DNA of 64,000 bases, from positions 620,001 through 684,000 of the forward strand of contig CM022679.1 of the NCBI GenBank assembly GCA_012295275.1. The letters are read 5' to 3'. The stretch is from Chrysomallon squamiferum. Taxonomy: Eukaryota; Animalia; Mollusca. The notes under the pieces are model-generated. The model was not told the DNA's origin. It did not search any database and was given only the letters and a program-made list of their open reading frames with translations. Positions 13,022 through 26,321 of the stretch are shown here, one piece after another; the first letter of the stretch is position 1, and each line of letters opens with the position of its first letter. The position numbers and the translations under genes were made by a program.

Positions 13022-15793
13022 ATGGTGTGGTGTTCTTTGAAGAAGCAAATTTTGTGGCGTTCACTCCACAGGTTTCTGTCGTCTGCTTGTAAAGATCAGT
13101 TCAATGGTGACGTCACCCCGCATGTTGCTGTGATTGGAAGTGGCCCTGCAGGCTTCTACGCAGCACAGCAGCTTATAAAAGTAAAGTATTCAGAGCTGAG
13201 AACAAAGAAATATTTATTTAATTCTACCTTAACATATCTTAATAATGATGATGAAGATTATAATATTTGTGCTGGGAGACTTTTTTTTTTTCTTTTTTTT
13301 TTAATAATTAAATCATGAATTTGCAGTGTAGCTGTGTATGAAATAAATCAAATAAACTTCTTTAATTTAAATAAAATTTATTTTCCAGTATCTTCAGAAG
13401 ATTATATATATGTCTTACTAACATTCTATAATTATTATACATTTATCAGTGTGTAATTTTATTTAAATTGTTTTATTTCTTAAAAGAAGAAGAAAAGATT
13501 ACATGCAATTTATATGACTCTAGTTTCACTGTAGTTAATGTCTTCTGTAATTTTCACTGACCATTTTCAGTGTTTCTGACTTGTTGCTGATGAATTTCTA
13601 AAAAGACTTGTTTTTATCACAGGGTCATCCTTCAGTAAGAGTTGATATTTATGAGAAGTTGCCTGTACCCTTCGGCCTTGTACGTTATGGAGTGGCCCCA
13701 GATCACCCAGAAGTCAAGGTGAGGTAAATAAAATCTTATAATCCAGAGTATTTATTTATACTGTGTTTTGAATAAACAAAAACACTATGGCACTCATGTA
13801 AAAAGGAATCACAGACACCTGACACATGATAACACAGATATTATTCTGAAGCAGTGTAGACAAAGTTTAATACTGTGGAATGTTTGTGACTAAACCAGTG
13901 ATAAATTACAAATTTAATAAGAGATAATCTTTGAATTTCAGAATGTGATGCACACATTTACACAGACGGCAAAGAATGAGAGATGCAGTTTTATGGGAAA
14001 TGTTTCAGTTGGGAAGGACATAACAATAGCTGAATTACAGAAAGCTTATACAGCTGTTGTCCTGGTAAGTCTTATTTCAGTATCCAACAAAGAACTTCAT
14101 TAAAATGATAAAACACAGTGTAAATATTTCTAAACTGTCTCTCGTTGCTTTCATTTGTTGTTGGAGAACAGCCTTTGTTAATAATAATGTGTGATAATAG
14201 CAGACAGTCTGGCAGTTCATTAACACTACCTTTTTATTTTATTTTCCTTTTTTATTTTTTCTTATATAGGCTATGATGTTAAATTTTGTACAGATAAAAA
14301 AAAATAATAATAATTCCTGAGACTCTGATGGTGTTAGATATGTCAGTGAATTGTTCACTGATGATAACAAATAATGAGAAAGACTGGACTGTTGTTTCTA
14401 CTGGTATCATTATTGTTGTGATTGTTTTTTGTTGTTATCTTAGGCCTATGGGGCAGAAGCTGACAGAAAACTGGGAATTCCGGGAGAGGTAAGCAGTATT
14501 TGTAATTCCAGGAGAGGTAAGCAAGTATTTGTAATTCCAGGACAGGTAAGCAAGTATTTGTAATTCCAGGACAGGTAAGCAAGTATTTGTAATTCCGGGA
14601 GAGGTAAGCAAGTATTTGTAATTCCAGGAGAGGTAAGCAGTATTTGTAATTCCAGGAGAGGTAAGCAGTATTTGTAATTCCAGGAGAGGTAAGTAAGTAT
14701 TTGTAATTCCAGGAGAGGTAGTCAGTATTTGTAATTCCAGGAGAGGTAAGCAAGTATTTGTAATTCCAGGAGAGGTAGTCAAGTATTTGTAATTCCAGGA
14801 GAGGTAAGCAAGTATTTGTAATTCCAGGAGAGGTAAGCAAGTATTTGTAATTCCAGGAGAGGTAAGCAGTATTTGTAATTCCAGGAGAGGTAAGCAGTAT
14901 TTGTAATTCCAGGAGAGGTAAGTAAGTATTTGTAATTCCAGGAGAGGTAGTCAAGTATTTGTAATTCCAGGAGAGGTAAGCAAGTATTTGTAATTCCAGG
15001 AGAGGTAGTCAAGTATTTGTAATTCCAGGAGAGGTAAGCAAGTATTTGTAATTCCAGGAGAGGTAAGCAGTATTTGTAATTCCAGGAGAGGTAAGCAAGT
15101 ATTTGTAATTCCAGGAGAGGTAGTCAAGTATTTGTAATTCCAGGAGAGGTAAGCAAGTATTTGTAATTCCAGGAGAGGTAAGCAGTATTTGTAATTCCAG
15201 GACAGGTAAGCAGTATTTGTAATTCTCGGGAGAGGTAAGCAGTATTTGTAATTCCAGGAGAGGTAAGCAAGTATTTGTAATTCCAGGAGAGGTAAGCAGT
15301 ATTTGTAATTCCAGGAGAGGTAAGCAGTATTTGTAATTCCAGGAGAGGTAAGCAAGTATTTGTAATTCCAGGAGAGGTAAGCAAGTATTTGTAATTCCAG
15401 GAGAGGTAAGCAAGTATTTGTAATTTAAGCAGTATTTGTAATTCCTGGGAGAGGTAAGCAGTATTTGTAATTCCAGGAGAGGTAAGCAGTATTTGTAATT
15501 CCAGGACAGGTAAGCAGTATTTGTAATTCTGGGAGAGGTAAGCAGTATTTGTAATTCCAGGAGAGAAAAGTAACCATTTCCTGATTTAAATTTATTTGTG
15601 TTCTCTTGGTTTGATTCTCACAGTGCTAAACTGAAATGTTCATTGATCTGTCACACACAAACTTTCAAAGCACTAAATGTGCAGCAATAATAAGAAGTTT
15701 CAGCACTTACATCATATATCTGTTTACATAAACACACACACAGATATCTTTACACATACAGACACATATGCACACATAGAAACACACAAAATA

Positions 15794-15885
<92 letters not shown>

Positions 15886-18800
15886 ATATGTATATACTTT
15901 TATTACTGTTTTTCTCCATTTTATTTAGTTTGCAATAGAAATATTTACATAAACTACAGAGATGTTTTAAAAAATTAATTACATATGTTATTACTAATTT
16001 ATCTTTCAGGATCTGCCTAATGTACTGTCTGCTAGAAAGTTTGTTGGTTGGTACAATGGTCTTCCTCAAGATAGAAATGTAAATATTCTGTATTAATTTC
16101 ACTTACCTTTTTTTTGACCTTAATAAATATGTATTGACCTGTAAATAAAAATGATGGTGGTTTATGTGGAACACATTGAAAACCAGTCAGTAAACATCAC
16201 TTCAGTTAAACAGCCCTCAGTTATTAAATTATTATTATTATTTTATTTTTTTTAACCTAATCATCCTGATAAATAAAAGAGAAAATTCTCAAAAAGTAAT
16301 TAGATTTTTCAGAATTAAGCTTTTATTATTTTTTTTTATTTCTTTACTAGCTTGAAATTGATTTATCGTGTGAAACTGCTGTAGTTGTTGGACATGGCAA
16401 CGTTGCAATTGATGTCAGTCGTATGCTGCTTACACCAGTGGATCTGCTTATGGTTAGTTTGTTTTTATTCAAGATTTTACACTGGTTAATTACATTTTTA
16501 TATTCAGTTAATAAAAAAAAAAAAAATCCAAAACATTCTACATCTTTGATTTATTGTGAAAAAAGTTTATTTTTGTGTTCCCCTGTCCACAACTCTGATA
16601 TATTTGAGGGAGAGAAAACAGAAATGAGAGAAATACAAACTTATACCCATCTACTCTGTCATTCGTTGTTTCACAATATTTCAGTTAAAAGCATTTAAAA
16701 TGACTGTTACAGAAAACTGACATATCCCAGCATGCACTGGACCAGCTAGCATCAAGCAAAGTGAAGAAAGTTTACATGGTCGGGAGACGAGGGCCTCTTC
16801 AGGTTGCCATGACGATTAAAGAGCTTAGAGAAATGATCCATCTTCCTGGTTGTCGAACGGTAATCCGTAAAGAAGATGTGAAAGATCTCGACAGGATAGT
16901 AAATGGTATTTCACATTTTTTTACTCTTCTTCTTTATTTAAAAAAAAAAAAACACAAATTTTTTTTTCGTTTATTTATTTTTTTATAGAAAATGGAGACA
17001 ATGTACAGAGATGGGTAAAGCGCTGATATTTGTTTTCATTTTACAGTTGTTTTGTTTTTCAGTTAAGAACATCTTTAAAGCTGCATCAGTGATTGTTTAA
17101 TACAAATTATGTTTGTCAGTTTTTTTTATTTTCAAGTAAATAATATATCTAGTGTAGGTCACCAGTGTTTTGTTGTAATAATGTAAAAAATAAATACTCT
17201 AATGATGTCTACTTGATTCATGAAATCTCATCTGAGCACTACTGTAAACCATTAGTTATTTTTGTGGTTTCAACAGATTTTCATTGATATCTACCTGTCA
17301 TTATATTTTCACCTACAGTTTAAAATAATCTTCAAAAAGTCATAATGTTAAAATTATTTCAGTGAGCTTTAATAGTATGAGTATAGTAAAACATCACAAT
17401 ATGTCTGTCAATAGGAAAAAAACTTCTTTTTTTTTTTTTTTTAATAACTTCTTGAAACTGATTACTAGATATATATCTTTTAATAATTAAGGCTTGAAAG
17501 TAATCTGAATATTATTTTAATGATATTGCATACTTACAAGTGTGTGTATATATGTATCTGTGTGTATGTATGTGTGTCTGTATCTGAGTGTGTGTGTGTG
17601 TGATCATTTAAAGTAGACTATAAAAATATTTTTAAAACACACAGATCTTCCTCGGCCAAGACGTCGACTTACAGAACTGTTGTACAAAACAGGCGCATCA
17701 CCCACGGAGGACAACCTCAGACACTGGTCCACAGCAACACGTGAATGGCATCTGAGATTTTATCTGAGTCCCACAGAAATAGTGTCAAACAGAGAGAGAG
17801 TAGAGAGAATGGCATCTGAGATTTTATCTGAGTCCCACAGAAATAGTGTCAAACAGAGAGAGAGTAGAGAGAATGAGATTCCACATCAACACACTGGAGG
17901 TAAGTACTTGTAAATCTATATTTTATCTCAGTCTACAGAAATAGTGTCAAACTGAGAGAGAGTAGAGAGAATGAGTTATTTATTCTCATTTCTGAAATAA
18001 AATGTTGTCTGAATTTAAGATCAGAATTGTGTTTTAATATGGTGAGGTTTGTACTATTATAATGTAATTTCAGAATCACTTATAAATAATAATAACAACA
18101 ATGGTAAAAACAAGAAAAAAATGTTTCAAGAATATTTGCTGTTATACAGTAAATGTTAATGATAGATTAACAGAATTTGAACTCTTAAATAATAAATGCT
18201 ACTAAATATTTCATTTCAGGTTTTTAAAATTATTTTAGTATTATAATTTTTATTGTTAATGTAAATGTTGTTTTTATTGTTAGTGTTATTTTTACTGTTA
18301 CAATTCAGGGTACAGATCCAGTGAACAAGAAAGCTGTCCTGACAGACATGACCGAGGAGATCCAGTGTGGAATGGTACATTTTTATTATCATGTTTTATT
18401 GTCAGACATTATGTCACTACAACAAAATTAAGTATTTAAAAACAACTTTAAGCCTACTTTGTTGAAATTATTATTTCATAATTAGATGAAAGTTAATAAA
18501 GCTAATTTAGTTTTTAAATTTGTATACAAATCAGTGACTGTATTTAAAGCAGCAGGATAAAAACCAATTTTTAAAAGTTATTTTATTGGATCTTACAGCC
18601 TTTCTGCTCTGTTTATATTTTCAAGTTTTTGGAGGAAAGTTAACAGTAATAAATTGAAATGATGTAGAAACTTTGCCAGTGATTGTTTTCCTTCTCAGTG
18701 AATTACTTACAAAGTTCCCTCATAATTTTTTCAGTTTCAATTTCTAAATAATGAACAGAAAATAATGGCATCTGTGAAAGTGTGTACTCATATTACTGGA

Positions 18801-20166
18801 AAAAAAACCTAGTCTCTAAGATATTAAAACACACTTTTATAATATGAAAAATATATTCAGACAGCCCTATGTACATATCTAAATATTCATACATGGAAAT
18901 TTAGCATTCTAACAAAGCTACTTACCTATGTGCCAAATGTGCAAAGCTGGATTGATTTTTGTTTTTTTTTAGATACAGGGCATATTTAAATAAACATAGT
19001 TTTCATTAGTTATTGGCCATAATACAAGCTGCAGCAACTCCATTATTAATCTTCAAAAATTGTCTTGGTGACCTAACTTTTCTGATTAAACTCAACAATT
19101 GCCCTAATAAAAATTAAAATTCTGTCACTGTAAATAACTAGATGAGAGTTTTGTTTCAGGTACTGAGAAGTATTGGTTACAGAAGTATTCCTATTGACAA
19201 CTCTGTTCCATTTGATTCTCAGAAAGGAGTCATTCCAAATGACAAAGGTCGTGTTTTAGGAACACCAGGTAGTACTCTAGAATTAGTATTATTTGTTTAT
19301 TTATTTGTTTGTCTATTTACTTGTTTATTTATTTATTTGTCTATTTACTTGTTTGTTTATTTATTTATTTGTTTGTGTATTTACTTGTTTGTTTGTTTAT
19401 TTGTGTATTCATTTGTTTGTTTGGTTATTTGTGTATTCATTTGTTAGTGTATTTACTTGTTTGTTTATTTGTGTATTCATTCATTTGTTTGGTTATTTGT
19501 GTATTCATTTGTTTGTTTATTTATTTATTTATTTATTTGAATTAATTTATTACAGTTTCTTGTTAATATTTTGTTCATGTATTCTTTTGTTCCTTTGTTG
19601 CTTTTGTTTGCTTCTAATGTTTTATTTTTGCTGTTTGTTTATTGCCTTTTGCTAAGAACAACAGAAAGTCTGCTAATATGAAATTGAAACTTCCTGTTTC
19701 TTTACAGGTTTGTACTGTAGTGGGTGGGTGGGGCTGGGTCCAGTGGGGGTCATACTGACCACTATGACTGATGGTTTTGATAAAGGAAAATTAATTTTGA
19801 AAGACATCGAGGAAGGAAGATTGCAGAGTTCAGGAAAATATGGACGTGAGCAAGTTTTAGAAATCCTTAAAGAAAGAGGTTAGTTTTGAATTTAATTTTT
19901 CAGTACACCTTTTCAGTCACTGTTATTTTCCCTAGACTATTTCTTAGCAATGATAGAAATACATTTTGTCAAAAAACAAACACAATTACTTGGAAATATT
20001 AGAATATATTTGTTTATAAATGAATATTTCAGGAGTGCAAGTTGTGAGTTTTGCTGACTGGGAATGTATTGATGAGAAGGAATGTCAGAGAGGACAGGAA
20101 CTTGGAAAACCTCGAGAAAAATTCACCAGCACTGAAGATATGTTCCAAGCTTTAAGTCAGCACTGA
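13022..20166 (+). CDS. FDXR: NADPH:adrenodoxin oxidoreductase, mitochondrial (ferredoxin reductase); frameshifted as assembled by a 64-bp duplication
   Basis: Exons 13022-13180, 13623-13718, 13942-14064, 14444-14488, 16010-16078, 16351-16452, 16713-16905, 17645-17899, 18309-18374, 19160-19268, 19708-19878 and 20033-20166. Motifs [12 protein letters not shown] (FAD), [39 protein letters not shown] (NADPH), VGRRGP, LRSIGY, GLYCSGW..GP.GVI, GKPREK. Total 1522 nt, or 1458 nt (485 aa) with one 64-bp copy removed. Confidence 0.93.
14476..15565 (+). repeat. Minisatellite, 28/29-bp unit, about 38 copies, built from the FDXR exon end plus its 5' splice site
   Basis: Unit AATTCCAGGAGAG|GTAAGC(A)AGTATTTGT. 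The first copy begins inside coding exon 14444-14488 and carries the true donor at 14489. Confidence 0.95.
15796..15881. repeat. (CT)n microsatellite
   Basis: Pure CT run in an FDXR intron. Confidence 0.95.
17748..17975 (+). repeat. Exact 64-bp tandem duplication inside an FDXR exon, plus a diverged third copy in the next intron
   Basis: 17748-17811 equals 17812-17875, bounded by GAATG microhomology. A partial diverged copy lies at about 17921-17975. Confidence 0.9.
19290..19540. repeat. Low-complexity (TTTA/TTTG)n tract
   Basis: Degenerate tetranucleotide repeat in an FDXR intron; source of spurious F/L/I/Y-rich ORFs. Confidence 0.85.
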
Positions 20167-21008
20167 ACAGCTGATTAATTTAGTAATTATCAAAATCAAA
20201 ATGTCTTCTTATCCTTCTTTATCCGAGTGGTCAAAAACATTTTTTTAAATAAATAAATAAATTTAAAAAGAAATATGTTAAAAATATTTCTTTTATTAAA
20301 ATTGAGGAGCAGATTTTTTTTTTTTTTAATGTTTTATATATATAAATCTTTTTTTTTCTTTTTTTCATAAATTTGTATGTTTCTTGAAAATTGGTGTTTT
20401 TTGTGTTTATAATTTACGTAGTCATTTTACTTGATACGATTTGAACATTATTTTTTTTCAACTTTTAACTCACTTTTACTCTTTTTTTTTGTAAATCAAG
20501 AGAAAAAGAAAGAAAAATATTTTTAAAAATAAAATCCACAATTTAGTTTCACAGACAAGTGTTCTTGTTTAAATTAATTTTATTTTTTATTACATTTACA
20601 AACTTATTCTGTCTTAACTTTTAACATATGGTTCCTTCAGTCTGTCATAATAACATGCCTTGTCTAAATCTCACTCTGTATTCATACAGGAATTTGGTGT
20701 CATGTTGTTGTTGTTTTCATTATCTGTATATTATACATTTGTAATGATAAAAAATAGTGTAGATCATGATTTGAAAAATTTACATATGGCTATAGTTGCA
20801 TTATTTTCTCATCACAGATATAATCCCTAATCTCTGCAATCATTAAAACTACCTTAATCACAATGTGGAGAATGTATAATAATTTATGTCATTTTTATTT
20901 ATTTACTGTTATTCTGTGTACCTGTGTCTGAGTGAAACAAAGAAAATGTATGAATTTATTAAAGGGTCTACGAACATAATTCTTGGTTATTTTTCTGTTT
21001 CTGACAAC

Positions 21009-21054
21009 ATTATTATTATTATTACAGTTATTATTATTATTATTATTATTATTA

Positions 21055-21131
<77 letters not shown>

Positions 21132-21200
21132 CATCACCAGCATTACCATTATTGTTATTATTATTATTATTATTATTGTTGTTGTTGTTATATTATTATT
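21009..21200. repeat. (TTA)n microsatellite
   Basis: Long trinucleotide run downstream of FDXR. Confidence 0.9.
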
Positions 21201-23002
21201 ATAGTTATTTTTTTTATATTTTTGAACGTTGTGCTTATTACATAATTTCAGGTTAGAAATTAGTCAAATTATCCTTTGTAAAAAATAATCTTTAACCATG
21301 ATAGCAAATCATAAATTATTTTTCACAGCAAGTGTCTGACCAGGTTTATGAGAATGGATAACCAAATGGGTCATTGATTTTGTATGCTTAACATTCCTAA
21401 TTATTTATTTATTTATTTATTTATTTTATTTTATTTTATTTTATTTTATTTTATTTTATTTTATTTATTTATTGGTTTGTTTGTTTGTTTATTTGTTTGT
21501 TTGTTTCAAAAGTTTTAAAACATAAAGAGACATAATAAACATTAAGCTGAGTTTTCATTTCTCAGTTAAGTTTTCAAAAGATGTTTTCAGTAAGTAGTCA
21601 ATGGTTAATAATTCTGTTACAATGTGAACATAGATAAGACAATTAGTTTTATAGTCCTGTTAAAAGAGCACAACACTTTATAATACACACATATATTAAC
21701 CTTGCACAAATGGCAGTATTTGTTATAGTTATTGTAACCATATATAGTGTAGGTTTTACATATGTAAAGAAATCGGTATATTGTTTTTATTTAAATATAT
21801 GAATATGGGATGGTGAATTTAAAAAAATATATATATATATATATTATTATTATTATTATTATTATATCTAATCACTTTATTTATTTGTTTATTTTAAAGA
21901 AATAATAAAATGAAAAAGAGGAGTGGGGAGCGTAATGTCGAACAAGTACGTATTTTTTATTACTAGGTCATCATTGGCGGGTTATCTGATTTCGAATTTA
22001 AATACGTTCTAAAAAATAAACGTATACAATCGAAATTTTTTCGAACAGTTTTGCCTGAATTGAATTAACTGAACTGAATTAACACTTTCACAAATATTAT
22101 TAAATTTATTAAAAGCGGAAAGTATACATTTACACAGCACAATTAATTAAAGAGAGAAAAATAAAAGTTTGGGAGATGACCCAGAAAATTTTCTTTCAGC
22201 TTTGTTCGTGTCACGTGGCTGTCGTCACGCTTGGTGATGTAGTCAAGAACAGAAACCTGAGACTGACAGAAACATATTATTATTAGTAAACCAGTGATGT
22301 AGCTTGCACATAAATAAAGTCCCAGCAATACTAGAAAAGCAGACAACTGTTATAATTTGTGTCTGATTAACGTATTTGTTTCAAACTTTATCAAGCGTGA
22401 CCAAAGAGAAAGAAGCGTTACAGAGCCTGATTGAAAAAATAACACTATTTTAAAAACTTTAGTTCGTTGTGGCTTCTGCATCAAGCAAAACGGAGAAACC
22501 AAGGTACAGTAAATAATATTTTATTTTTCTATTGTGCATTTTTTTTGTTTTGTTTTTAAATTTCATCCAACAATTAACCATTAACTTGAAACAGAATCAT
22601 CCTTGGTTCCTTAAGATATATTGGACGTTACGAGGGGCATTCAGTTCTAGGAACTAAATAAACCGAATGATTAATCGCCTAAACCGTTCTTAATGAAATG
22701 CTAATAATAAAATTGTAGATTATATAACCATTCCTATTTGAGAGAGGTAGCTTACATGATACAGTCTATCGAGAGCATTATTTATTTTACAATGACAAAG
22801 CCGTACAAATAACACTCGCACACAAATATATATTAACAGATAATAATAATAACAGCAACAACATTAACAAAACCTGGTGTATTACATCGAGCGGGCTGTT
22901 ACATGAATGTATCTGTTACTGTAGTATAACGTACCGATAAAAATGATATCAAACAGTTTGCTTTAACCAGATATTTTACTGCTAGTAAATACAAAAAGCG
23001 TC

Positions 23003-23004
<2 letters not shown>

Positions 23005-23086
<82 letters not shown>
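23005..23086. repeat. (GA)n microsatellite
   Basis: Pure GA run. Confidence 0.95.
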
Positions 23087-23089
<3 letters not shown>

Positions 23090-25050
23090 ATATGGGGATG
23101 TAATTAGTCACCAGATGACTCACAGTCGCTGCATTTTAAGCACACAAATCTGTGTAGAGTATCTCGTGAGACCAATAGGTTGATATAATATATATATACG
23201 TAATATATATCACGTCTATATAAGGAATAACAAACAAGACGGGGTGTCCAGTTCAAGGGCTTTAATATTAGTAACTTTACAACATAGTAACTCTGGCGCC
23301 TCCAAGGAGGACAACTGACCAGGGTCATAAAACAAATCACAATTCTACAAAACTAAAACATCAAACCAATACAAAAACCTTGATCTTTAGAATAAAAGAA
23401 AATAATTATAAACATATATTCAACAAACATATAATCAAATACATAATATTAATATACATTTCAATAAAAGTCAGTTGCAAACATTTTAATATTAATTTCA
23501 ACTGTTCATTCCCCCCTAACTGTTTCAACCATCCCATATGTTAAATGTAATCTTAAACATGCATTTAACTTCAGCATAGGTTGTGTTCTTTTTTGTAGGC
23601 CATCATTAATCTCTAGCTAACACCAGATTAATGGGTGAGTTATCATTTTTATCTGTTTCTGGCATTTGGACACATGACATACCCTACTACTCTGTCTATA
23701 ATAATTTCTACCACATATGTTAATTAACAATTACACATAAATATAAAACATAGCAATATTGTAAATAATGATGCCGGTACAATTAACCCACACGACTAGT
23801 GTCGCCACCTGAACAGAAATAATATGTTTCAGCTGTGTTTACTTTTAAATATATTTCCTTATGAAAACTAATACGTCAAGTTATTATAAATTGTAACTAC
23901 TGTTATTTAAAGTTATGCCAAGACATTTAATAAATTGTGCGCTAGCATATTCAAAATAAGTGAAAGTTCACAAATAAAATATAATTATTGTCTTGTCTCT
24001 AATATGTAAAATCTTAATTATCCTTCTTTAATAGACATATTAAAATGAAAACAATAAACCTAAATTCATTACTGGTCTGTAATACATATGTGAAACCAAA
24101 TATAAAGAAACTTGTCTTCACTAGCATTTTTTAAGGACGTGCAGTGTCCCAGGCCACAGTGCAATTTTGGAAATTGAAAAACATGTAACGTGCTACTCAG
24201 AGCGAGTTGTTGTGAAGCACGTCACTACAGGCACGCTTTCTGACAGGCCAGCGGGTGTGTCTGTCGCAGAAAGTTCCCCCCTTAAATTCCAGGCTGCAGT
24301 CATATAGCCATACATTCTCCAGTTATAAAAAAAAAAAAGCTCCCAAAATGATGCAGTCATCTTAATCTATCTTGCTGGCACTTACTCCCAATTATATAAT
24401 TTGACCTTTATAGAATAGGAAGCAATGCATCTTATTTCTCTATTCAACATTTGTATGCTATTTTTTTTCATTTGAAGTTTTTTTTTTATGTATTTGTTTG
24501 TTTATATTTAGATTAATAATAAAATATTTATTTAAAAAAATACATATGTTTCATCAAATTAAAAGAAATCGGTCTTAAGATATCAGTTTTATCTTTCGAA
24601 GGTAAGAATGCCAGGCTGCTTTGGACTTTCGACCTGGGTAGGATAAATCTGATATATTAAGACCGTAACCAGTTATTTCTTTTATTTTGTAATCCTAAAA
24701 AAGACTAAATTTAAATGAAATGAAATGTTTTATTTTTCAGCTCTCCGTTCTCGAGTTTAGTAGATTCACGCATACTGATTTGCATTGGTGCCCTAACGTT
24801 ATTAATAAAGCCCAAAGCGACACTTACAGTGTCCTTAAATAATAATAATAATAATAACAACAACAACAACAATAAAAATTCGAAGCCTGCAAACTAATAA
24901 TGTATACAAATTATAAGATGTTTCAGCAGAGTATGTTTATTTCCACTGTCTGAGCTTTTGTGAAATTATATTACAACTTTGTCATTAGCACAAAGTGTTT
25001 AAGCAGACTGAATAACAAAATATTTTACTTTCAACAACCTGTGTATGATA

Positions 25051-25109
<59 letters not shown>

Positions 25110-25643
25110 GTCAGTGTGCTGTTTATTATTAATTAATTAATTTGTTTATTTATTTTTATTTCGATCTTCGTCAGGCAAGGCACTAATTTAACGAGTTTGA
25201 GAACCAGTCCTAATCGTTTCAGCAAAGCTGATGACGTTTTTCACACTAAATGTGATGAAAATAAAGTGCGCGTAATTTAAAAATTGAAATTCAACAGAAC
25301 ATAGCTTCTTTTATCAATAGGAATAACAGAGTGTAAGTTCAAAGCATGTTTTAAAAATACTGAAGAGAAGGAATGATTAATCTATTTTAATATTACTAGA
25401 AAATGTCGTTCGATTCATATACGTTTAAAACAATAGTTAAACAGCAAATAACAGTTGAAATGTTATCGTCTGGCATCGCACGTTCCTAATGTCAGATAAC
25501 CGATTCATTCATAGTCATTAACGGCAGATCATATTATAGTTTTCCAAACTCTTTACTGAATATAAATAAATATTTTTAAAATAACATTTATTTGTAAATA
25601 TGTAATTGTATTAAATATTAAAAAAAAAAAAAAATATATATAA

Positions 25644-25691
<48 letters not shown>

Positions 25692-26321
25692 ATAATAAGA
25701 AGAAGAAGAAGAAGTAGAAGAAAATAAATTTAAAAAATATATATTAATTATCCAGATTCTAATAGTGTTGCCCTTTTAAAAACATTTCAGAAGAAAAAAG
25801 AAGTTATTTTAGAGCGGTAAATCCATTTTTATTTATTTATTATTATTATTATTAATATTATTATTATTATTATTATTATTATTTACCTACTTTTCTGCCC
25901 TAAATAGGAGACATATAATTTTTTATTACAGTGAAAAATTAAAAGTTTGAGGAAATGTGGAATAAAAACCACACCTTACTTAATCAAAATACATGGGCAA
26001 GGGTAGTAAGTGAATATTATATATATATATATAACTTTTTCCCCATCTGAAGTTTTACATTCACCGACAGATTTAAGTCATGTCATTTGGCCGTGTTACG
26101 GAAAGTTCCGAACATCATTACCCGAATCGTTCCGAACATCTGCAACCAACCGATAGGTGTGTCCCAGTTTCTAAAAATAACTGCAAAATGTGACGCTTTG
26201 CAGTTACATTCTCCATGTTGCATTTAAGTTGCAGGACGGTTGGTTGTTTATTTTCACCTGAGCCACAGGGCTACAGGTGACCATTTTGGATGCATCGGTG
26301 CTATAGAATCTTGGTTGGAAA

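Noticed and set aside
14355-15413. Overlapping minus-strand ORFs with [17 protein letters not shown] repeats
   Set aside because: Translations of the 28/29-bp intronic minisatellite, antisense to FDXR; the frame hops with unit length.
20886-21245. Poly-Tyr/Ile/Leu ORFs (also 50602-50938, 54882-55070, 62773-63284)
   Set aside because: Trinucleotide microsatellite translations.
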